A DNA stretch of 64,000 nucleotides from Antedon mediterranea (GCF_964355755.1 NC_092676.1:16324871-16388870); one strand, 5' to 3'; numbered from the stretch's first letter, positions 41,974 to 52,499 are shown. Notes: a model not told the origin generated them from the sequence alone. Translations and numbers: made by a program.

Positions 41974-42279
41974 TATATGTAACTAATCATATCACGTATC
42001 GCGTGTTAAATGTTTTTATTCGATACAACAAGCTAATTATTCCTATGTTTACATTGGAGTAATACTTTGAAAACTTCAAAAGGCCTTTGCCATATTTTTC
42101 CTGTCTTGGTTGTCTTTGGCCTATACCATCCCTGCATCATTTTGGCAGCTGCAAACAGAATCCCCGTTGAAAAATAAAAGGAAGGAAGGTTTCCTTTGAA
42201 CTTTATAATTTGATACCAAAATTCTGACAACATATAATGCCATTCAACTATGTGTGTAGACATACATAATCCTGTATTG

Positions 42280-42442
42280 AAAAAAAGGTAAATTCTTCGT
42301 CTTTTAGCAGTTACTTCGTTACCCAATGCTCTTCTCCAAACGCTATGTAGATAACGTTAGGAAGAACAGCACAATATCCGTAAGGAACGAAGTACTGTGC
42401 AACATTAACGAAGAAACCACCAACGAAAGAAGGCTACTGCCC
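42280..42442 (-). ncRNA. Putative Pol III hairpin RNA, unit U5 (family B, ~163 nt)
   Basis: PSE-like 42491-42509, TTTAAATAAG 42464-42473, ATGAATAT 42671-42678, predicted +1 GGG at 42442, T7 terminator, no internal T4. Confidence 0.7.
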
Positions 42443-43799
42443 AATTTACGCGACATTGATCCTCTTATTTAAACACAATGAATAATAAAGTTACAACAAA
42501 GCAGTGACAATAATTATTAATTATCAAACAATACATTTATTTTACATTATTTTATTAATTAAGTAGGTGTTTATACATTTTACTATATTATTTTGTATCA
42601 AAACATGTCTCTGGCAATTTAGATGATATGATTTCAATGATTAACACTTACATGTTTAAACAAATTATACATATTCATGATCTAATAAGGATCAAACCAT
42701 TGTGATCTAAAAATAACATCAGAAATTTCCAATACGGATAAGAATACTCTAGCCAATGATATGATACGCATGCGTGACAAAAAGAGTCGAATTGTTAATA
42801 CACATTCATTTCCATTATTTTAACCGTGTAACAGGATCCTATTTTGTATGAATCTATAGGCCTATATATATAAATTTCATAAGGCATCGGAGTATATTGT
42901 GGGGAATAGTATATACAATTACATCGAGACAACTGATAATAAGACCTTTCGTTTGAAATCGAGTGAAACCCTGATAGCCGAGTTGCTGAGTAAGATGGCA
43001 AGACTGTATAACTGTGCGCTATTTGTGTCCCGTTAGGACCCTGATAGATGTCTGCCCATGTTGCAAGTTGTCTAAAAAAACGTCTTCCTTCTTAAGCCGA
43101 AACGGCCCACTGTGTCGCGGTTGGTATTATATTTGAATAAACGCCCGAAACACCTCCCCAATAACACATCACTGAAAATAATAATCGCCCATCCACATTT
43201 ATACGCACAATATTGTATTATATTTAGTTATAATTATACTATTTGTAGTAGAATTCATCGGACTGTTATCTAAAATTTACCAAGCATTTGTTATTCTTTT
43301 TTACCACTTTTCATATTATCTACTAGTGGATTTTTTTTAATTATAAATGTTAGCATATTATTAAAAGTAAAACATCAAAGTATCCCTCGAATACGCACCT
43401 CCCTCAAATTAACTCCGCCTCCCCACCCCCACCCTATAAGTGCCCCACCAAACAATAACAACTATACTTTAAAATGTTAATATCAAAAGACACTGTGAAA
43501 CAGGTTATATAGGTTTAATTAGTTTTACGAATATCAAGCATTTCAATCATGCAACCGGCCGAAAACGTCCAGACCAAAACGCCATTCTAAAACGCCATTC
43601 TAAAAATTTTTAGCCGAGTCATTATCATTCCGAGAACCATCGTCTACATGCGCATGTTAAATTTGGATATTCGATACAAAACATTGATTATGGTTACATT
43701 GGTGTAATAATTTTAAAAGGCCTAAGTTTGCCTTATTTGTCCTGTCTCTGCATCCTTTTTGGCAGGACAAAGATTTTGCTGCGAACAGAATCCCCGTTT

Positions 43800-43953
43800 A
43801 AAAAAAGGAAGTTTTCCTTGTTTGTTTTTTTTTTTGTCTCCTGACACATCGTTATGACGACGTACCTTAAAGAACACTGGTTTCGTTACGCTATCGTCAT
43901 ATCGTAACGAAACAACCTTTATTTAAGGTACGTTTCATAACGATGTGTCAGGC
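43800..43953 (-). ncRNA. Putative Pol III hairpin RNA, unit U6 (family A, ~154 nt)
   Basis: PSE-like 44002-44020, TATATAAATA within 43974-43987, ATGAATAT 44165-44172; near-perfect hairpin 43850-43952, A-rich linker, AGGAAAACTTCCT mini-hairpin, T7. Confidence 0.72.
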
Positions 43954-45597
43954 ACTAAAGTGATACTCGGTGATTTTATTTATATACAAGAAATATTAAA
44001 TTCACCGCAAAACAGTGACAGTATTTTCAAAATCTCTTGTTGGCCAGTTACTTTCAATGTTTTGATTAAGCATTATATTTTGTAATTAGCTATCATATTT
44101 TTTTTAAATTATATAATACTTTAAATATTGTTTCGATTGAAATTAACTTTTATGCAAATCATACATATTCATGCCTTTTTGCCGGGTCACTGGTAATTTA
44201 AAGATCACACTTTAACATAAACAATGTGAGCGAAAAATAAAAAATAATACTAGGGAAATTTCAATACAGGCTCTCATACGCATGCTTAAATAACTACGTC
44301 ATCATGATTTAGAGACTATTATAAATACTCCAAGTATTATTATTATTATTTTGACATAATGTTACTTCCGTGCGTACTAATGGTCTTTTCTGTCTGTATA
44401 CTATCGACACGATAACTCTTAATTTAGTAATGGTATTATTTGTAATCAAAGTAAAACTTCTGATTTACGATAAATGTTAGGCTTATGATATCAATTTGAA
44501 TGATTTTTAAAAATGGTAACAAGATAACACACCTCGTAATAAAAACATAGAAAAGGCCAAATCAAATAACAACATGCAGCGCGTAAAAAAGAAACAAATG
44601 GATCAAGAGTGACCAAGACAATTAATGAGAAATTACGTAGGCCTATACCGTCATGGAAGTAGTATTTTATTAAGTTAGATCAAGACAAAACCTTGCGCTG
44701 TACTAACTGCATTATGGTATGTATGTATGTTTCCAACGTGTTTGATCTGGGGTATTTAGATGTTTCACAACATTATATAAAACCAGGATATTTTGCCTTG
44801 CATTGCAATGTGCTGAACGATACCAATCTAAACACATAATCCATTATGCATGTGATCGCCTCCCGAATCTTGGCTTCTTTAATCCTAAAAAATAGCACAA
44901 ATAGAATTCAAAGTATTACAGATAGTAAACTTTAACATCAATAGTGTCACGTGTCTTGATTTTGTTCATACTTATTGCGATATTGCTATGAGCAAGGCTA
45001 CAACCAACAATAACAAACGAAGAATACAAAGAGTTAGACACGAATCTGTAGAATATTTGATTACGAATAAAATATCTCTTACAACAGTAAAGCCATCCGC
45101 AATAGCATCTTAGTAATTAACGCCATTATAGAGAAACTAGAAATAAGTAGAGAGTTATTTTTTCTGGAGAACTAATATTGAATATAGGTGAAAGAAATTA
45201 AGATACAGTTAACATAAGTTAAGACTTAACAATAATAATAATAATAACAAAATATACGTTAAGACAAAATAAGGAACTTAAAATAAGTTTAAATATACTG
45301 AATATCGTTTGCTAAATTAATTGAGAAACAATATAACAGATTTTAGATGAATCAAAATGTAGAAATCAGAATTGTTGGTGAAAAATTGTAAAATAAAAAA
45401 AAAATTGGAATAGTTATGATAATGTAAAATTAATCTTCACTTTGTTAGGTTTTGGTTTGTAAGAAATACGAAATAAAATAATTAAAAATAGATTATAATA
45501 TCATTGTAATGTTAAAAATAAGTAATTTATAAAAAAAAACGTTTCGTAAAGTTATTAAGCTTTAATATTAGGCCTAAGTAAGATTTTTTTTTTATAA

Positions 45598-45645
<48 letters not shown>

Positions 45646-45987
45646 TCTGAAGTCGGAGATGCTACCTCATCGTAGTAGACTGGAGTCAACATCATTGGTG
45701 AAACGGTACCAGTGATGGCTAACAGCATCACGCTAGATTGATTTGAAACAAGTCTGTATCTTGCATGTTGTACTTGTGTATGTAGCTTACCAATTTCCTT
45801 TACTTATTCTTGTTTTTTTCATTTATTTATTTTTTCATTATTTATTTATTTATTTTTTGACTAGGCTACTCTTGAAATGTTTTATTTTTATATACTTTTT
45901 GATTGTTTTTTTCTGGTGGAACTAGCCTCAAAGCCTCCCTGCTTATTTAAGTTTCTCCAGAATATTAAAGTGCATTCTACTTTCTTA

Positions 45988-46894
45988 GGGTCTGTTTCTG
46001 CTGAAAAAATCAAAATAATCGATTTTTTCCAGTCACCGCAAACCACAAAAATAATCGCGTTGCAATTGAAAATTGCTACGACTTTAATCGGTTATTCAGG
46101 TAATCGGTTTTTAAAATCACGTCATCATTCCCCCACAGCGCAGTTCAAGTTATGAAAGGCCGATGAGAGTTGGTTTGTTTACATCCTATCGCTGCCTAAA
46201 ACTCTCACATGTAGGATTAAAAATTACTCTTACGTAAAGCTTTATTATTTCTAAAATAAACATCTAGGCCTACTACCGTACCACATACAACAGAATAATG
46301 ATGTTATATTAATAAGGACACGTCGGCGAAAAAAGTTCGTTTCGCCGTTCGTTGGTTCTACCTTCGGCCTGCTAGGCCTAGAGGCTATTATATTTCTACC
46401 GAAACAAGTCAACAGACAACAGGCCTACTAACAAATGACATGTAAAACATCGTTAGCCTGGACTGGTGGTATGTAACGGGTGTACTTGTAACACAGAATC
46501 CTGGAGTCTCTCGGTATAATTCTCCCCCACAAAATAATAAAAATCAAATGTTTAACATTTGATTTTTATTCGGTCTACATCGCGATCGTGGTTTTGCTGA
46601 TCGTCGTCGATATCGCGCAAATAAACAGCATGCTTTGTGACGTGAATAAGTTTGTCATACTCTAGAGGTCAAAGTGAGGTCAATAATCGCTATTTGTGTT
46701 GCAGCTCAAAACTGCTCCGCAATAATCGGTTAAAACAAGAAATAATCGATTAAAACACGCAATGGATTGAGTGTTTTTAATCGGTTATTTTTAATCGGTT
46801 ATTTTATTTTGCGCCGTTTCTGCTGCCCAAAAATAATCGATTAAAAAAATAAACGGTTAATAATCGATTATTTCTGCTCAGCAGAAACAGGCCC
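45988..46894. mobile_element. PIF/Harbinger (Tourist-like) non-autonomous element
   Basis: TIR GGGTCTGTTTCTGCTGA / TCAGCAGAAACAGGCCC; TTA TSD; subterminal TAATCG(A/G)TT repeats. Confidence 0.85.
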
Positions 46895-47072
46895 TTAAAA
46901 CTCTCATTTTTGTTATTCCATAATGATGTATCTTATGAAAATAAATAAATATTTTGTAATTGAAACTTGTAAGCATATTTTGTAATATAACGCTTTAGGC
47001 CTAAATTAAGTTGGAGATCAAAAAACATACCATTAAATTCAACATAATTACAGAATAAGAGATTTAAAAATG

Positions 47073-47238
47073 AAAAAGGAGGAGGTTTCCTCACCTTTTA
47101 GCAGTTACTTCGTTACCCAATGCTCTTCTCCAAACGCTATGTAAATAACGTTAGGAAGAACAGCACAATACTCGCAACGAACGAAGTACTGTACACATTG
47201 TAGCGAAGAAACCACCGATGAGATATTACTATTAAACC
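47073..47238 (-). ncRNA. Putative Pol III hairpin RNA, unit U7 (family B, ~165 nt)
   Basis: PSE-like 47283-47301, GTTAAATAAG 47256-47265, ATGAATAT 47446-47453, T5 terminator; closing stem GGTTTCTTCGCT/GGTGAGGAAACC pairs fully only on the minus strand (three G-U). Confidence 0.7.
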
Positions 47239-47639
47239 TGACAAACACTGATGATCTTATTTAACCGCAATAAATATTAATTTCACAAAAAAGCGGTGAC
47301 AATAATTATCAAACAATAGGCTTATGTTAATTATAATCGCAGATTATATAATAATACACATTTTAATATATTGTATATTTCTTTTATGTCTTTCTGGTCA
47401 TTTAAATAATTATTTCGAATAACGTTCATTTTTGAATAATCATACATATTCATGAAATTTAATCGGATCACGTGTAACTAATGATGACATCATCTAACAT
47501 TGAAAGGAATGAATGAACAATGCGATCTAAAAATAATATCAGGAAATTTTAATACTGAATTGATCAAGAATAAGTAAATAGACCACTATGAGCTCTCATG
47601 ATACGCATGCGTAGATAAGCAAGCCTTACTTCACCCGAT

Positions 47640-48460
47640 TATTATTAGTCATAGTCATAGTCATATAGTCATATATACTTTATTGTCCATTTAAAAAACA
47701 GAAATGTGATTTGAAAACTGGCAAAATACAAAAATATAAAATACAATTTACAAAAACACGCACAAAAAGTTAAGAGGCTAAAAATTGTTAAAATTATATA
47801 AAAATTATTATTATTTAATTATATTATATGATTTATTATTATATTGAACTAACGATGATTTAAAGTTTATATAAAAGCATTAAAACTATAAAAATAAACA
47901 AAAGCGGTTACATTTTACCTTTGTACTCTGGAGTTATATAAGTGTATAGCATTAGGTACAAACGAGCACCTAAACCGTTTTGTTTTGGTATTAAGTGCAC
48001 GTAGTCTTATGCCAGAATTCATGGGAGCAAATTGTTTGTGAAGAGGATGTGTTTCATCATCAATGATACTTTTTACTTTTTTTAACACATTTTCTTTATA
48101 CAAGGATTCAACATCAGGTAAGTGCTCTCCTACTAGTCTAATTGCTCTATTTCCTATTCGATTAAGTTTAATTTTATCTTTTTGCATTGTATTACCATAA
48201 AAACAAACATTACAAAAAAGTATTACACTGAGAATTACAGAGTTATAAAACAATTTAAGTATAGTTTTGTCAATTTGTAGGTACTTCATTTTTCTTAAAA
48301 TAAACATCCTTTGGTTGGCTTTGCATGTGGCTTTATTTACATTATTTATCCAATTTAGCTTATTGTCAATTATACAACCCAGATATTTGTACTCATTTAC
48401 TACTTCAATCTCATTTTCATTTATAATCAGAGGTTCTAAGGGTTCTTTAATTTTCCTAAA
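47640..48460 (-). pseudogene. L2/Rex-group LINE 3' relic (DUF1891-like C-terminus) with 3' UTR and (GACTAT)n tail
   Basis: YKYLG.IID..L.W, ILKLFYNSVILSVILF, DETHPLH, RFRCSFVPNAIHLYN. Confidence 0.8.
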
Positions 48461-48973
48461 ATTATTAATTAAATTATTAAATTATTATTATTTGTATATT
48501 ATTACGTTACTTATAATGTTATACTTTCGTACGTATGATCTTTTCGGTCTTTAGATTTATTCATAGAGGTTTAATGGTGTATTTGTCAATACAAGTTGAA
48601 CTAAATTTGAATTTACGATATATGTAACATATCAATCTGAAAGGATTATTTTAAAACGTTGCAACAAGAACATACCACCTGAAAATCAAAACAGAGGAAA
48701 GCCCAAATCACATAATAACCAGGGAAGAGATTCCCTGTAATAAAACAAAATAAATCAACAAAAAATATAAGAAATGCTACTTGACAGTAGGGCCTACTTA
48801 ATAGCTTGACCATTTATGGCCCATGGTTTAGTTTTACACCTAACTCTTCCAAATTAATCAAAGTTGTTCTTTACCGACTTCTAGGACATTTAAAAGAGAA
48901 CGTTTCATTTCTGTTTGGAATTCGATTATATCATATTGTATGTACTGTATATTTTTGTATCATCACTACAAGT

Positions 48974-49230
48974 AAAAAAAGGGTTTCCCTTTTAAATGTT
49001 CACACTACTGGTATGATCGTAACGGCAAGCGTTCTCTGGTCTCTTAACCACCTGATCGCATTGCGAATATTGATATTGAAACGAAAGAACCCATTTCGAG
49101 TCATACAAGACGTGTCACCTGACAATTCGGAACGGACTGTCATTAACGGAAGACGAGCATCGTTACGGTATCATCATATCGTAACGAAGAGGCCTTACGT
49201 TAGAGCATGAGGCGGAACCGACAGTCAGGC
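48974..49230 (-). ncRNA. Putative Pol III two-hairpin RNA, unit U8 (family A plus second module, ~257 nt)
   Basis: PSE-like 49279-49297, TACATAAATA within 49251-49264, ATGAATAT 49450-49457; same predicted 5' end GCCTGAC as U6; AGGGAAACCCT mini-hairpin then T7. Confidence 0.7.
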
Positions 49231-49859
49231 AACCTGAATAACTCTAATAATTTTATTTATGTACATTAAATCTAAAAGTCACAAGTAAACAGTGTCATTA
49301 GCTAGTTATAAGTTATAACGTTGCAGTTATAAGCAAATTATCCTCGCTTATTTTGATTTTACAACTTATCAATTTCAATAGATACCGGGGGTTATACCTG
49401 GTCATTTAAAATAATGTCAATTGAAATTGATTCTTTTAACAGACCATAAATATTCATGTCGTTTGGATGACGCTATCTAACATTAAATACTACTGTAGGA
49501 AGTCAACTACTCACGCTATCAGGCATACACATGCGTCATTGTAGACAACTAAAACAAACACCCGATTCTGTAGCTGTCAGTACACTCAGTATGGAAGACA
49601 AACAAAAAAGATAATGTGTTTAGGCTAGACATCACTATGGATTAATGTAAAGAACCTTTCGTTGTTTTGAATATATTTTCTATTTTGACGTTGGTACCTC
49701 AAAAACTTATTTCACTCTTTTTGTTTGTTATATCAAAGGCCGTGTTGTTAATTTACATTTTTATTGTATAAGAATTTAGCTTGATTTTATTTCATAAAAC
49801 TGTTTTAATTTCTGCAACATTTTCAATTATCTGTACAGTACAATTTGAAAAATGTATAT

Positions 49860-50299
49860 TGTTACGACCACTTTTGGCCTAGGCCGAAATACCTAAATAG
49901 CAACAACGAGGCTTGGAACAAACAATAGTCGACACTCAAAGTATTATGCAAGGAGCACGAGCTCCATTTATTTCCTTTCGCGAAGCACAAAATACATAAC
50001 AACACAATTATAGATACGTATGATACCGAGTGGTTGGTTTGCCTGGCCATCCGTACACATCACAACCTCCCCATTCTTATCGTCCTGCCTCGCTTCCAGT
50101 CTCAAGCACAGTTCTAAACGCAAGCGTCCTTGGCTGGCCCTGTCTCCTGAGTGACTCCCTTCTTTGTATCACACACCCAGCACAGCTTTCCAAAATACCC
50201 CGCACCACCATGCTCCATTCTGATTCGTCCACTTGACCACCGGCGACTTGATTCATTTGCATGTGACATGTGACACCTGGTCTCTCGTCACACGTAACA
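49860..50299 (-). mobile_element. Solo LTR, Gypsy-like
   Basis: TGTTACG..CGTAACA termini, 4-bp TSD ATAT, AATAAA on the minus strand near 49970, GC-richer than flanks. Confidence 0.8.
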
Positions 50300-50599
50300 A
50301 TATTAAAATGTGTATACTGTATATTTCACCAATTATTTTATCAACGGTTCTTCTATTCTATAGCTTCATCTGTATAGAGTCTATTTATCTTTATGCCAAA
50401 AATGTAACTTTATCGTTGATAGATAAACAGACAGATAGACAGATATACAGGCAGACAGACATACAGATAGACATATTTGTACAATAATTCTTTGTCATGG
50501 TTAATCCACTTCCATTTAGCATTAACTAAACTTATTTGGTACATACATTGGTTCCCATACATTTCTTAGTGCCTTGCTTATAATTAAATCTGTAACTTC

Positions 50600-50760
50600 A
50601 TAATGCGCCAATCGCGTTCCATAATAATGTAATCAAACGCCACCACAGGTCCAAAACACGCGCGAGATCAGAATTCCATTCCACATGTGCGTCGTGCATG
50701 GTGGTTGTATAATCCATCCATCCTTGCTGCTTCTTGTATAATACTATTTTTCGGTAAGAT
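50600..50760 (+). promoter_or_regulatory. Probable GART promoter and non-coding first exon
   Basis: CpG-rich patch, CCAAT at about 50608, donor G|GTAAG at 50753/50754; the GART ATG sits just after an acceptor (TTTTACAG at 56091-56098), so an upstream exon is expected. Confidence 0.55.
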
Positions 50761-50769
50761 GTCATGGTT

Positions 50770-51110
50770 TTCTTTGCTAGGTCTACTATCTGGTAGTAGT
50801 AGGCCTCTATAGATGCCCGGGCCAGGCTAGTAACCAGGCTATGGCCTAGCTAGCTAGCTAGCCTTGTAGGCATTGCTTGCTTCTACTAGCCTAGGCCTAG
50901 CTAGCTAGTAGTACTAGGTAGTAGTAGCGGATAGTAGCTAGGCCCTCTGGAGTACGTAATTTGGTAGGCCTATCTAGAGCCTAGGCTAGCAGCATACTGT
51001 AGTAGTAGGGTAGTGGCCTACATACAGTAGTACTACTATACTAGGCTAGGCTAGATGCATGGGGGAAATAGTTAGGCTAGCCTACTACTAGCTAGGCCTA
51101 TTTAGGCTGG
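50770..51110. repeat. CTAG/TAGGCCTA/TAGTAG low-complexity tract
   Basis: Dense TAGGCCTA, GCTAGC, TAGTAG words; similar tracts at 24978-25295 and 30770-31090. Confidence 0.75.
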
Positions 51111-51780
51111 TCGTCTTTCTGGAACTTGAAGCTGATTATCAATTGAATCGGGAACGTTTCGGTCCCGTTTCATCGAAGCTAATAACATGAAAAAAAAGAC
51201 CAACAAAAAAATATTAAAAAAAATTACTAAATTGAAATAAATAAAATACTACTTAAGTTAATCTGGATCAACCTGAGTTTTCGGCATGTATTGAATAAAG
51301 GACTATTCCATTATTATTTATAGGGGTATTAGTCAATGTGTTTAAGTTGGGTGTGCCAGGCTTGTTGAGGCTTCTGTTGTTCGCGAAAAATAAAACAAAA
51401 AACTGCTGCTGTAATTAGCCTTATTATTATTTTACATATCATGTTTTATTTTACATTTCATGTAATATTATTACGAATACATGTTTGTTTTATGTTTTCT
51501 CAACAGCCGAATCAAGTTATATATATAGCCTCTACAAATAACAAGAAAAAAATACATTCAAAATTTATTCACAATAAGGAGAAAACATATACAACTTATT
51601 TAATTTATGTTGTTTTAATTTATATAAATCCAAAGGAAAATTACTGAAAAAATGACAATATGCTGTGGGTATCAGTAGCTGGATCTCAATAGAGATACAA
51701 AAAAAAAAAAAAAAGCGAAACACTAAATCAAAACGATTATGTAAAACAGCCAGAAAAATAATTTATATGAATACATCCAT

Positions 51781-51968
51781 ATTGGAAATATTCTTTTTTT
51801 CAAACCAATAATTAGTAAACTAACCTTGACAGTTTCGCTGTCCTGATCGGACAGCTTCTTCAGACAGCGAAACTGTCAAGGTTAGTTTACTAATTATTGG
51901 TTTGAAAAAAAGAATATTTCCAATATACTTTATACCTACAAACCAGATGAACATTTTCAATCATGTTA
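51781..51968 (-). mobile_element. Penelope-type fold-back insertion with a minimal hammerhead ribozyme core (51826-51864)
   Basis: Minus strand CTGAAGA-A-GCTGTCC-GATCA-GGACAGC-GAAAC-T-GTC; about 60-bp inverted arms; 11-bp TSD AATACATCCAT at 51770-51780 and 51969-51979. Confidence 0.75.
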
Positions 51969-52499
51969 AATACATCCATGTTTGTTTTTTCTCAACAGTT
52001 TATGACTCTGAAAAATTCAGTAGGCCTACACGTAAAGGCATAAGATGAAGAAAAAAATACATTGTGTAACATATTTAATTTAATGTATATATGTTTTATT
52101 TCATCAACCCATTTTTAAGTGTTATTTAGTAGTGTCATGTTTGGTTCAACTTATTTCAATGAGTTAGCAATATGTTCATGAGGTTATCGCTCGAGCTGAT
52201 CCTGACACAAAAACTGAAACAGCCAGAAATAAAATTGCAGAGCTTTCTCTCATGCAACACACACTAACCCTTCCTCAGCACAAGATTTACAGGGCCTACT
52301 ATTATATATGGATTAATAAGACAACAATTATATTCACGAATTTTGAATATGCTTTTTAATGACATTCTCAGTATCCCTCCCGTTACTTACTAATTACCGT
52401 TAATTTGTATGACAGTATGATCTATTTGTTGTCAACTAATAAACTCACCTACAAGAGTAACCAGTAATACAAGTACAATCATAGATCACATTATTTGCA

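Noticed and set aside
42280-42442. Calling the hairpin RNAs Y RNA, sbRNA or pre-miRNA
   Set aside because: UUAUC occurs in one copy only and is paired; no Ro-binding GGUCCGA stem; no mature miRNA I recognise.
17260-43140. CTGATGAAGGGCT (17266) and AGCCGAAACGG (43096) as halves of one split hammerhead
   Set aside because: Stem I does not pair in register and no insertion boundaries link the sites.
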